This document shows positions 12,193 to 24,170 of a DNA stretch of 64,000 nucleotides, piece by piece. Positions within the stretch are counted from its first letter, which is position 1. Each line of letters opens with the position of its first letter. Source of the stretch: Macrostomum lignano (lineage: Eukaryota); assembly GCA_002269645.1 (NCBI GenBank), contig NIVC01000012.1:186001-250000 (forward strand). The letters run 5' to 3'. The notes beneath the pieces are model-generated. The model saw only the letters and a list, made by a program, of their open reading frames with translations. It made no database searches and was not told where the DNA came from. The position numbers and the translations under genes are program-made.

Positions 12193-12635
12193 GTTTAGAA
12201 CACTCCATTTTGCATTGCAATAAGGGGTCTAAGCAAAATATAAGGTGATCCTAAACCAAAACTGGAAAAATAAAAAGTGACAAGCATGCAAACCTTAGAG
12301 ATTTAGTATATTTACAAGCTGTTAAAACCCGCGGATTTTGAACCTGGGGAATTCCAATACCGGAACTACTTTTGCATGTATTCTGAAATCTAAGGCCATA
12401 CACAAACAAAAACTTGTTAATAGTTGGTAGGATAGAGGTAGACATAAAATGGAGCACATTCGTGTAAAATTAGGGTTTGAGACATTGTTGGCTGGGGTAG
12501 GGGCCTACTGCACAGAATATCAGGCAAAGTCTGTCTGACTCTAACATAAATGCGCAACCCCCCTGATTTACACTGGCCATGTGACTTACTTTTCGACCAA
12601 AAATGCGACTTACCTGTACAAGAAACCTTAACGCA

Positions 12636-12707
12636 ATTTTGGGTAAACGGCAGGAGTAACTATGACTGTCTTATTAGGGCTAAATGCCTCGTTATCTAAT
12701 TAGTACT
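12636..12707 (+). repeat. Short dispersed repeat (second copy at 25180-25250)
   Basis: attttgggtaaa.ggca.gagtaac...actgtcttatta.ggctaaatgc...tctaattagtact occurs at both sites. Confidence 0.7.
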
Positions 12708-12835
12708 CCGTCTGTATTCTTTAGGTTGGGCATTTTTGCGACTTACCCCTGGTCCACCACAATTTACAGTGGCCAGATCGGCCAGGTCGGCCAGCAGTTG
12801 CGCATGTATGGACTCTAAAACATATATTGCTAAAC

Positions 12836-13302
12836 TCTGGTCTCTCCCTGACTCTCCCTGTAGACGTCCCTTGGATCCTTTAAAATTTCTATTGTCTCTT
12901 TGTTTCCTCTCATCTCTCTCGTCCCTCGTCTCTCTTCTCTCCTCTCTCCTCTCTCCCCTCTTCTCTCGTATCTTCCCTCATCTCTCTTCTTTTTCATCTC
13001 TCTTATCTCATCTCTTGTCTCTTCTTTTCTTTCTCCTCTCCTTTCTCTCTACTTTTTCGTTTTCTCTCTCCTCTCCTCTCTCCTCTCTCGCCCTCTCCTC
13101 TCTCCTCTCACCCCCTCTTCTCTCTAATCTTCCTTCTCCTTTCTATTCTTTTCTCTCTACTCTTAACTCTCTCCTCTACTCTCTCATCTCTCCCTTCTTC
13201 TCTCGTCTCTTCCCTCACTTCTTTTCTCTCTCGTCTTTGCTCTCTCATCTTTCCTTTCTCTTCTTTTATCTTTTCTCTCTTATCTCTTCTCATTTCTCTC
13301 TG

Positions 13303-13350
<48 letters not shown>

Positions 13351-14035
13351 GTCTTTCTCTCTTATCTCTCCTCCTCTCTCTACTCTCTCCCCTCTCAATT
13401 CTCCTCTTTCCTCTCATCTCTCCTCACTCACTTCTCTACCTTTGTCTCTCCTCTCTCCTCTCGTCTCTGTAACCTCTCCTCTGTTCTCTCTACTCTCAAA
13501 TCTTTTATCTGTTCACTCTCGTCTCTGTTCTCTCATCCCCCTCTTTAATCTGGCATCTCTGTCTTATATGTTCTCTCACCTCTCTCCTCTGTACTCTTTT
13601 CTTTCCCCTCTTTTGACTCCTCACTTTCCTTTCTCCTTTCTTCTTTTCTCTTCTCTTCCCTTTTCTATACTCTGTCTCCCTCTCTTCTCTCACTCCACTC
13701 TCCTCTCTCCATTATCTCTCATCTCTCATTTCTCATCTCTCCTTCCACCTCTCTCATCTCTACAACCTTAGAGATGTAGAGATGTATCTTTATCTCTTCT
13801 CTCTTCCCTTTACTCTCTCATCTCTTCTTTCACCTGTTTCCTCTCTGCTCTCCTCTCTGCTGTCTCCTCTCTCCTCTCATCTGCAGCTCTCTGCTCTCTC
13901 ATCTCTACTCTCTCCTCTCGCTTTCCTCTCTCCCCTCTTCTCCCCCTCTCTCTCATCGTCCACACTCTCTCATCTCTCCTATTATCTTTTATCTTTTTTT
14001 ATCCCCTCTGTCGCCTCTCCTCTCTTCAAATCGTC
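12836..14035 (+). repeat. CT-rich low-complexity tract (degenerate (CT)n/CTCTCATCT)
   Basis: Near-pure pyrimidine strand. The L/S/F-rich and R/E-rich ORFs here are compositional artefacts. Confidence 0.9.
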
Positions 14036-14039
14036 TATT

Positions 14040-14829
14040 GGCTCATTCCATATAAGATGGACATATTTGGAAAATAGAAAAAAGTCAATATTTTTGCTTG
14101 CCACTGCCTGATTAGCCAATTTTTTTACCAAATGTTTTTTATGTGTAACATCTACAATCTAAGAATAAATGAATGATAAAATGTTAGATTAGTATGTTAT
14201 CAAGTGGCAAAAAGTAATTTTTGTAAAAATTTGGACAGTTTTTTAAGCAAAAGACATCATTAAGTTTGTGAACCTTTTAAAAACAAATAGAAAGCTTTGG
14301 AAGGTTGAAACAAACTATAGATAAAAGTATAGTACTTGCATCATCAGATAAAAGTATTGATGAACAAATAATCAATTATATTTTTAATATATTGGTACCT
14401 CTAATTTACTGAATTGACAGAACAAAATATGTTACGACCAGAATGTTACAACCATAAGGCTGCCTTTTCTTTTGTATCTTTGTTGCCTTTTTGAGTTTAT
14501 ATATTCTACAAAAAGAGTATGATTACTAAAGATGTTCTTAGTCGAATTTTAAAAAAAAATTATTGCAAAATATCAAAAATGAAAAATGTTATAAGACTTT
14601 TACCTTTTAGTTTCTATCTGTCAAAAATCCTGTCGTTACGACCAGAAGTGCCATTCAAGGTTTAATAGCATCTATATTAATGATGATATCTACATGAAAC
14701 TCTGTAAAAATATTCTTGACAAAAAAATATTTTATTTAAAATATTGGTTTAGTGTATTCTATTATTAGATTTCATTTTATAAGTAAAAATAGCCTGTCAT
14801 GTTACGACCATAATTATATGGAATTGCCC
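14040..14829. mobile_element. Non-autonomous DNA transposon, Sola-like, with 4-bp TSD
   Basis: Left end GGCTCATTCCATATAAGATGG; right end reverse complement GGGCAATTCCATATAATTATGG. TATT flanks both ends (14036-14039 and 14830-14833). Internal GTTACGACCA motif occurs three times. The superfamily call rests on the 4-bp AT-rich TSD and GG-starting termini. Confidence 0.6.
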
Positions 14830-15689
14830 TATTCCTTCTTCTTTCCACTTTCATCTGCCCCTCAGCTATGAGCTGGATTCTTTATCTGGCCTTTGAGGTA
14901 AAAGTCTGCCTATCCTTGCTTGGAAAGCCAATTTGTGGGACGTAGTACTCTCATGGTTGTTCTCATGCTTTGATCACATCATCTTTCTTGCCGATTTGCA
15001 GCCCTGAAAGGAATTTGTGTATCTTCAGCTCCACTGCAGTCTGCATCAGTCTAACAACCAAGGAAATACACATTTCTTAGGAGGCCATTTAATATTTACA
15101 CAGTACCTTTAAAAGAAACCTAAAATTTCCATGGTGTGCCTAATTTAGTAGGGTTGTATTGCATTGCATCGCATCGCCTTTTCATAAATCTTTCTCTTTT
15201 ACAAACCATGCTGGATAGTGGATTCCCTCGATTTGCCAATTGCCAATTGCCATCCACTGTTAAACTGCTGCAGAGTTTGCCAATACAGAGGGGAGGGCAG
15301 TGGTTAGAATTTCTCACCAAACTGTTATGGCTAAACGTAGCCTCTCCACTCTCGGGGTGGAATTCCAAAACACTGTACATTTGCTATGTACATTCAGTCC
15401 TATCGCCTGACCCTTCGTCTGGCTCTGGGGGAATGAGTGAATGAGTGGCACAAACAACAGAAAAAGCAGACAAACTTCACATGCTTACAGTTTCTTTTTC
15501 GGTTGAGTTACAGAGTTGAGACTTTACATTTAGACAGAGAATGAGTCAATGAATAATTGTGTTAGGTTTGAAGTCAATCGCTTTACATGGAGCAAACTTA
15601 TGGCAGCTGAAAGTTAGTCAATTTTGAAACCCTTTTATACATCTGGGCCCAGATCAGGATCGGGAAAGAGAGGCAGGCGGGGGGAGGTT

Positions 15690-16084
15690 GGGGTGGTTGC
15701 TATGCTGAAAAAAATAGCCTAACTTTAAAAGTGCACAGCACTGCTCAGGATTAACTTTGAGACTCGAAATTTTACATGATTGTGCCAAAATAGTTGCAGA
15801 TTATCTGTGTCAAATTTGAAGAGAATCGGTAGAAGTGGAGCAGCGCTATGGAGGATTAAGTGAAAAAATCGCGCATTTTGAGCAGTTTTTTGTACTTTTA
15901 GGTAGGAAGACTTGAGTCTAGGAAATTTAAAGGTAGCCTAAGACATTCTCCATAGTAAGTTTAGGGTGGGTGTAAAGTTTGGTGTAATTTGGTTGAGCGG
16001 TTTGGGAGTCCATAGCGATCAAAATTGTCCACACACAGACAGACACACAGACACACAGAGTTTTGATTTTTATAGGTAGAGATT
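15690..16084 (-). mobile_element. Possible non-autonomous Helitron-like element (5' end only recognised)
   Basis: Reverse complement starts A|TCTCTACCTATAAAAATCAAAAC followed by TCTG/TGTC microsatellite, like Lep1/HINE-type 5' ends. No 3' CTRR or hairpin was identified. Confidence 0.3.
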
Positions 16085-16639
16085 AAATTATAAACTAAAG
16101 CTGGCAAAATAGACAGTGATTGTAAACCAAAGGATTGCTAGAGTTTATAGGACAAAACTGTTTCAATCCTAAAGTGGAACAGTTTATTTAAGCCACAAAG
16201 TGAAACTGAGTTGGAAGATTATAAGTGTAATGGGTACCCATGGTGACACAATGGAAGTGATAGACTTTTAAAGTAGGCCTAAGATTCTAAATGAATTATT
16301 TAACTAGGCCTATGCCTAATAAAATCTTAATTGGCTTATTAGCCATGCCTTAGGCTAGGCTCAGGTTGATAATACTTAAATAGGTTAGACAAGTACTTTA
16401 GAACTAGGCCTATATGTTCACTATGGGCAAACTAGTATGCAATTTTGATAAACATGATTAAAGTTTTCTGAGTCTTCTAAATTCCTAAAACTATACTATA
16501 TGGCCATGAATAAGTAGACTAGGCCTAGACAATAAAATAGGTGTAATTAAAAATATAAATGATAAAGCTAAGTTGAATTGCTCCTAAGACACCAGCTTAG
16601 CCTAGAGATTGGCTACCCTTGCTTTGTTGTAAAGTAGGG

Positions 16640-17330
16640 TTGCAATTTTGTAAAAGCCAAGGTTGCCACTCTGTGCTTTTTAGTTGAAATGGTGGTGGTA
16701 GCCTTCAGTCCCATTGTTCATTCTGATAGTATGGTGGAAAACACTAGGGCCTAACTTCGTCCAATCACCAGACAGTGCTGCTGAGCCATATGTTAGAAAT
16801 TTACTCACACAATGCACATAGCTGTTTGTTTTTAGGTTGTCTGTTGCAGCTCTGTGAATGCAGCTTGCATGCAATTGCCTGGCAGAAAAGCCAATGCCAT
16901 TAATTTGTGACAAAAGGACCAAACAGCCTCATCATTTATGTAAGTAGGTTGTAAGCCAAGTGACTGAATATACTGCTAAATTGCCTGTGAATAGGGCCTA
17001 GTAAAAGTTGCAGCCGTGACACTTCACATTTGGGATTGGGAAAACTCTTTACTTTGGGAATATATTTGGGAAATAGAAAGTGGCATCTGCTGTTCTCTTT
17101 AATGTGGACATCACTTTGCAAGAAGCCATCTAGAAGCGCCTCTTCTTAAAGTTGGAGTTCTAGATCCCATGGCTCATTAGGATGCTGTGCAATTCAGGCT
17201 CAATTTGCTGCTTTTGCCAATAGTTCCACTATCGGCAGCTGAGGCAGACCTCTTAAGCTGCCTTCATTTTGCAGAACTTGTTCTTTAATTTCAGCAGCAG
17301 GTTTGAAGAGCTTCTCCTGAGCTTGATTGA
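16640..17330 (-). pseudogene. Decayed MULE (Mutator-like) transposase, catalytic region
   Basis: Peptides PNVKCHGCNFY*AL, QYIQSLGLQPTYINDEAVWSFCHKLMALAFLP and SVFHHTIRMNNGTEGYHHHFN match MULE motifs GCxFHxxQA, KLMALAFLP and RTNNxxEGWH. Stops and frameshifts present. Confidence 0.8.
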
Positions 17331-17394
17331 ATACTTCTTGAGCAATCAGTTGGCATATTGCTTGTTGCCCAACTGGGACATTGACTTATTGATT

Positions 17395-19697
17395 CTTAGC
17401 AGATCTTATCTAATTTTCTTGGGTTGCTATACAAGTACTTGCAAGAATGTGCAAGATCTTTGCTATGATAATACCTAGGTAAACTTATCAGATCTTGGCA
17501 ACTTGCTACATCATACAAGATCTTATCTTTTATATCTTGCAAGATCTTATTAGTAAGATCTTGCAAGAGCAGCAAATAACTTCTGTGATTAGCCAAAGCT
17601 TTATTATTATTAGTTTATTGTAACCTTTCTGTATTGTATATCTGTTTTCACAATTGTACAATAGACAGTAAAGTTAAATAAAAAAGACAAGACATCATTT
17701 TCAGTAATCCTTACAAATTTATAGCACTGTAAAATTTAAAATTTAGTATATGTAAATTTAAATAAATGTAATTATGTATGTATTATACTATATCACATTA
17801 TTTGGCAAATTAAGATAAAACAATATTGATCAAGCAATAGAGTGCATTAAAACAAAATGACAATTGTGAGCAAATTTAAGTACAAGTAGCACATTATACA
17901 GCAGCAATAGATTGCATTAAAAGACAAAGTGGTAAATGTGAGTAAATTAAGGTACAAAGAAATATAAAGCAATTGGATACATTAATTGTCTTTGCATGAT
18001 AGCAGCAGGGGAACAAAGCACAGTTCAGTTCCTTGAACAACAAGATACTTTTGAAAACTATCTGAAATGTTAATAATGAGATGGCATATTTATATTTTTA
18101 GATATATTTAGTATTTTAAATACAAGCAATATATATATTCTTAAAATGAGATATATAAAAAAATTAATTTGTTCCTCACCTTAATTAAAGGTAGAATGGA
18201 AATTTTATAAAAAAGCTCTACTAAACCAATACTATAGAAATATTAAAACTGGTAAAAAATAAACAGCCAGCTCACCTTTGACCACTTCAACTTCTCAAAA
18301 TTAGTAAACTGAAAAGGCAAATAGAAATATTTTTAGTTAGTTAGCTCTAATACAGTGTCTATTTTGCATTGTAATTTATATAAAAAAAGATAGATTATAG
18401 TTCTAAAAAATTGGCTCAGTTGTAAAAATCATATCTCAATATAATTTATTAGCATCCTAATATAATATGCATAATATATAAGGTAATTTGATAGGCAATT
18501 TAGCTAGGCTAAAGTATTTGTCCATGTGTTTTCAACATTTATTCCAATAGCAAGCCAAAATAAGGATAAATAAGGAAGTCATTAACTTTAAAAGGCTAAA
18601 AAACTTTAAAGGACAATATATCCATACTATAACTGATTGTATTAAATAATCATATTTACAATTGAAATTTACAATAGATATAACTAACTAGCTAGGCTAT
18701 TAAAAGCTTGACTTACAAATTTGTAGACTAGGGCCTTTCAAAATATTGATTTATTATTGTCTCAATGCCCCTATTCTCTCAAATAGGAGTTTGCTAAAAT
18801 GGACTATACCCCACTTTTTATTCACCTGATTATTTTCAGCAAGTTAGCTTAGTCTAGTTATAAACTATAGCTAGGCCTAGGCAAAAAGAGTCTAGTTAAA
18901 ATAATGAAGTTCAAAAATCAAAGTTAAACAATTGGTGAAAATTACTAATATTAGCACAGTGCTGACATAAAAATGTGTTAAAGTAAACACTTATTAAAGA
19001 AAAATCTTTATTCCTTACCTTAGAAAATGGAGTTACTAATAGGGGCCTAGAGAAAGCACTCCACTAACTTTTGGTACTGCTAAACCAAAGAATTAGAAAG
19101 ATGTTTAGAGTTTCTTGGGTTCAATTTTTTTTCTTTGGATCTTTTTGACCTAATTGACATATCTAATTGATACTTTATATAAGCTGTATAATAATTGTCA
19201 GATAAATTGGGATTATCAATCACAACTACTAATCAAAATAGACCAAGATATTGGAAAGTAGCTAAATTATTCAATTTTTAACAAATAGCAATGCAATTTT
19301 TTGATTAAAATGTCCCATTTTTAATTAAATAAACAATGTTTTAAGTCTTAAGTTTATAGCACTAACAAAAACTATTAGATAAGTGCAATTTCAATGCAAA
19401 TTCAATTATTTTTACAAGATTATTTAAGAACAAAACTTTTTAAAAAATGTTTGACTTTTTAGTTTGCACATATCTTGCAAGATAAAGCAGATTTCTAATA
19501 TCTTATGAAATGCTTCAAATTGCATTTTTCCTAAGTTTATAGTCCTGTTTTGTCATAAAATAAAATATAATTCATCTAAAACACTTTAGCCAAACTAATA
19601 ACAAAATAAATGTACCTCCATTTGTAAAAGATCTTGTAAGAACCAAATAGATTGAAAAGATCTGCTAAAAATGGCACAGCAGGCAAGATCTGCTAAG
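17395..19697. mobile_element. AT-rich TIR element nested inside the MULE coding region
   Basis: CTTAGCAGATCTT at 17395 is the inverse of AAGATCTGCTAAG ending at 19697. Clustered ATCTTGCAAGAT-type subterminal repeats at both ends. No TSD identified. Confidence 0.5.
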
Positions 19698-19709
19698 TTT
19701 GAGAAATAG

Positions 19710-19920
19710 AATGTCTTCTAGGGAAGTATGCTCATTCTTACCATTAATGTATATGCCATTTGCCTCAATTAGCTGAGGCAGTACATTTAGTATGCACATT
19801 TCTGACTATGTACCTCCAGTATGTTCTGGCTCCATGGTGGAACTATTGGCTATAGCCACTGGAGTGTATTAGGATGTCTTTCTCCTTAGAAGCTCTGGGA
19901 ATAAGAGTTAACACTGTAGG
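19710..19920 (-). pseudogene. Decayed FLYWCH zinc-finger segment of the MULE
   Basis: PTVLTLIPRASKEKDILIHSSGYSQ*FHHGARTYWRYIVRNVHTKCTASA, then after a frameshift IEANGIYINGKNEH. FLYWCH pattern with C changed to Y. Confidence 0.65.
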
Positions 19921-20009
19921 CTAGACCTGCTAAGGAAAAATTGTAGTCAAACATCCTTATTAATGGAGCTCTCCATCAGCGCATCATCCTGCTGTTAGTC
20001 TAAGGCAAT

Positions 20010-20845
20010 CTTTTGCTGCTGTTGTTGTTGCTGTTCTTGCTGCTGGTGCTGCTATTGCTGTTCTTGCTGCTGGTGCTGCTATTGCTGTTCTTGCTGCTGG
20101 TGCTGCTAGTGCTGCTGTTGCTGTTTTTGCTACTGGTGCTGCTGTTGCTGTTCTTGCTGCTGGTGCTGCTAGTGCTGCTGTTGCTGTTCTTGCTACTGGT
20201 GCTGCTGTTGCTGTTCTTGCTGCTGGTGCTGCTAGTGCTGCTGTTGCTGTTCTTGCTGCTGGTGCTGCTGTTGCTGTTCTTGCTGCTAGTGCTGCTAGTG
20301 CTGCTGTTGCTGTTCTTGCTGCTGGTGCTGCTAGTGCTGCTGTTGCTGTTCTTGCTACTGGTGCTGCTGTTGCTGTTCTTGCTACTGGTGCTGCTGTTGC
20401 TGTTCTTGCTACTGGTGCTGCTGTTGCTGTTCTTGCTGCTGTTGCTGTTCTTGCTGCTAGTGCTGCTAGTGCTGCTGTTGCTATTCTTGCTGCTAGTGCT
20501 GCTGTTGCTGTTCTTGCTACTGGTGCTGCTGTTGCTGTTCTTGCTACTGGTGCTGCTATTGCTGTTCTTGCTGCTAGTGCTGCTATTGCTATTCTTGCTG
20601 CTGGTGCTGCTATTGCTGTTCTTGCTGCTGGTGCTGCTAGTGCTGCTGTTGCTGTTCTTGCTACTGGTGCTGCTGTTGCTGTTCTTGCTACTGGTGCTGC
20701 TGTTGCTGTTCTTGCTACTGGTGCTGCTATTGCTATTCTTGCTGCTGGTGCTGCTATTGCTGTTCTTGCTGCTAGTGCTGCTAGTGCTGCTGTTGCTGTT
20801 CTTGCTACTGGTGCTATTGGTACTGCTGCTGCTATTCTTGTTGTT
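20010..20845. repeat. GCT/GTT-derived compound repeat (polyQ-like on - with many CAG>TAG)
   Basis: Units such as GCTGTTCTTGCTGCTGGTGCT. Unit variation is mostly CTG versus CTA. Confidence 0.9.
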
Positions 20846-21004
20846 ATTATTGTTATAGCTAAAGTACAACATCCTTTGCTACTGCTCAGTTGGTTTTCAC
20901 CATCTTTGCTCTTGGTTAGTGCCCTGCCATTGATCCACTTCAGCAGCGTCCACATCTTGCCTGTTGTTGCGTTGCTGTCCAGTTTGCTCCTCCACTTTTC
21001 ATTT

Positions 21005-21565
21005 TCTCATTTTCAGCCATCTGCTTATCTTCAGCTATCTGCTCATCTTCAGCTGTCTGCTCATCTTCAGCTGTCTGCTCATTTTCAGCTGTCTGCTCAT
21101 CTTCAACTGTCTGCTCATCTTCAGCTGTCTGCTCATCTTCAGCTGTCTGCTCATCTTCAACTGTCTGCTCATCTTCAGCTGTCTGCTCATCTTCAGCTGT
21201 CTGCTCATTTTCAGCCATCTGCTCATCTTCAGCTGTCTGCTCATCAGCTGATAGCTCATTTTCAGCTATCTGCTCATCGTCAGCTGTCTGCTCATCTTCA
21301 GCTGTCTGCTCATCAGCTGATAGCTCATTTTCAGCTATCTGCTCATCGTCAGCTGTCTGCTCATCTTCAGCTGTCTGCTCATTTTCAGCCATCTGCTCAT
21401 CTTCAGCTGTCTGCTCATCTTCAGCTGTCTGCTCATCTTCAGCTGTCTGCTCATTTTCAACTGTCTGCTCATTTTCAGCCATCTGCTCATCTTCAGCTGT
21501 CTGCTCATTTTCAGCAGTCTGCTCATCTTCATCTGTTTGCTCATCTTCAGCTGTCTGCTCATCAT
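21005..21565. repeat. 18-bp tandem repeat TGCTCATCTTCAGCTGTC (reads EDEQTA on -)
   Basis: About 30 direct units. Confidence 0.9.
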
Positions 21566-22262
21566 TAACACTCTGCTCTTCCTCATCATTTATTGCTCTA
21601 TCCTCAAAATCATCATTAAGCTGACTTAATTCTGCAAATACTTGCCATACACATACTAAACTTGGGCAAATAACACTCTTTAATAGGCCTTTTGAAACAG
21701 AGCAGGCAATCTCAATGTGTCAAATGGCCTCTTTCATATATAATTTATTTGCTGCCTGCCTAGCTTAAAAGCAAGGTGGTAAGTACTATAAGATAAAAGC
21801 TTCCAATTATTGCTCTCCAACCAGAGCCATGGTTGGAGAGCATGGTGCCATGCTGAAACAGTCTGACAACACTTAGTCTGTGAGCCTTTTTTACAAATGG
21901 TAGCAACACTTCCCAAAAGTGACACTGAAACCACCACTGGTCAAGTACTTCAAATCAATACCATTGACAATACAAACATTACAATTACGCATTGACAAGC
22001 TAAGCAATTTAGCTGCCTCTTTCATATTTGTAGCCTGAAGTCAAACACCAACCACAAATTCTTGATTCAACAAAGACAATAGCAAGGGGCCTTGACCATC
22101 AAAATGATTGTAAGCATCCTTAACAAAAGCCTGCAATAAATATGTAAAGGGAAGCATTTTTCAAGTAATTTGTCTTAAAGCAACAAATAATGCAATACAA
22201 CAATGAAAAACGTATGTGTACTATAAACATACACCCTCTACATAACCCTACAGAACTACACA

Positions 22263-22519
22263 CCAGGTTGAATGCTACCAATGTGAACTGGGTTGGAAAA
22301 TGGAATCTTCAAGTACAAGCATGAAAACAAGAAATTATCAATTTTCTTGCTGGCCGCTGGGGTCTTGTGTGATAGGATAAAGTGGGGATAGAATAAAGCA
22401 GGATAAAGGGACTAGAGATGCCTTGAGAGCCAGGTTGAATGCTGCCAAGGTAAACTGGGTTGGAAAATTGAATCTTCAAGTACAAGCATGAAAACAAGAA
22501 ATTATCATGTTTTCTTGCT
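22263..22519 (+). repeat. ~89-bp direct repeat pair (22263-22351 and 22430-22519)
   Basis: ccaggttgaatgct.ccaa.gt.aactgggttggaaaat.gaatcttcaagtacaagcatgaaaacaagaaattatca occurs twice. Confidence 0.85.
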
Positions 22520-23199
22520 AGGGTATGTCTTATAATATGAACTTATATGCTTAAAAATGTATTTAACTTTATGTTAAGACAAGTTAGGACCTACACAATA
22601 ATGCAATTAGTTTATATGCTATAATCAAACTAATTAGCCTTTCATCTATGTAGATTATCTAGCCATCATTATATTGGTTGTTAAGCATTTATTTGAGGCA
22701 ATTTTTAGTTGAATGATTTATAGAATATTTCTTGACTTCATCTTGGGACCAGTCAATACACAGTACTTGTAGGCCTATATTGTAGTATTGGCTACTTAAA
22801 GATTAAGACACATTTGATTAAGTTGCAAGAGGAAGGTTAATTATGGATAGGGTTGTATCTATTTAATAAGATTAAGGTAGGCCTATAGTGAGTTTGAGGC
22901 TGAAACTGAAAGTGGAAATTTAGGTCATAGACAAGTTAGCTTGTGGGCACTCAAAAGAAAGTACTTTTATTAAATGCAAGGAAACAAATATAATCTAACT
23001 GGCTTAACTGCTACAATATAATAACATAAGCATATTGATTTCATGTGTTTTTATTATTAGGCCTAATTTTGTAAGAGAAGTTTATTATTAATCATAGACA
23101 ATAAATTAATTTAAATAGAGTCTCTGTAAGTGTTAAATAAATAATTAAGAATAAAAGAGCTAGAAGAACAATTAGCTAGAACAATTAGCTAGAAGAACA

Positions 23200-24170
23200 A
23201 CAGTAATACAAGTACATTGCCAGTTAGAAGAAGCCTTTGTTGAGCATGCCTTGTGCAGAGCAGCTATATTCAGGTGGTATGCCTGCTTTAGGGATGGCCA
23301 AACTTCCATTAAAGACTCACCTAGATCTGAGAGAACTAGGGAAACATGATCAGCTGAAAACATTTTGATGATCAGGTAGCTGCTTGAGATTTAGAGGAGA
23401 TAGACATGTAAGGAAATGTCAGAGCTCTCTGGGATCATATCAACTATTGTGCATCACATTGTTACTAAAGATCTTGGGATGCGCAAGGTGACTACTAAGT
23501 GGGTGCCTCACTTAGTTATCAGATAGCCATAGGCAGCATTGCATTACTCAGTAGCTGCTCTAGTGTCACAAGAAGAGTTGCTTCTGCATCAGATGGTTAT
23601 CATTGATGAGATGTGGGCCTGCCTATATGAGTTGAACCTAAGGAGCTAGAACAGCAAGTGGAAATAGCCATTGGACATGCAGCCAACAGTTGTCAATCAG
23701 AGTCAAAGCATTAAGATGATGCTTATAGTTGCCTACAATGCCTTTGGCATTCTGATTGTGCACCAAGTGCCCTAGGATCAGACTGTGAACTAGCAATACT
23801 ATAGAATTTCTGATATTGCACCTCTAACCTGCCATCTGCAAAAAACAACCAGCTCTGCTAAGTGATTGACTTCTCATGCTACACTGCCTATACTAACAAT
23901 TTGAGTGCATAGATAGGTAGCACAGTGAAATAGCTGCTGCTAAGTTATGGCTAAAAGGTACTGCCTTACTTATCCTACTCCCCTGATATCAGTCCTTCTG
24001 ACTTTAATTTTTTCCAAAGTTAAAGAATCAGTACCATAGGTTCCAGTTCACCAACCTTGATCAGCTATTTGGCAAAGTTGTCCAATTGGCAAATCACCTG
24101 GCATATACAGGAGCCATAGATGGAGTTCAGATGTCATCTAGGCTAGAAGATATTACTTTAAAAGCTTGTA
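23200..24170 (+). pseudogene. Decayed mariner (Tc1/mariner, DD34D-type) transposase
   Basis: IFRWYACFRDGQTSIKDSPRS, DLGMRKVTTKWVPHL (WVPHL 23500-23514), VIIDEMW (for VTGDETW), KMMLIVAY and LPYLSYSPDISPSDF (for LPHPPYSPDLSPCDF). Many stops. TIRs not recognised. Confidence 0.9.

Noticed and set aside
12736-14111. Hydrophobic L/S/F-rich 'membrane protein' ORFs
   Set aside because: Compositional product of the CT-rich tract.
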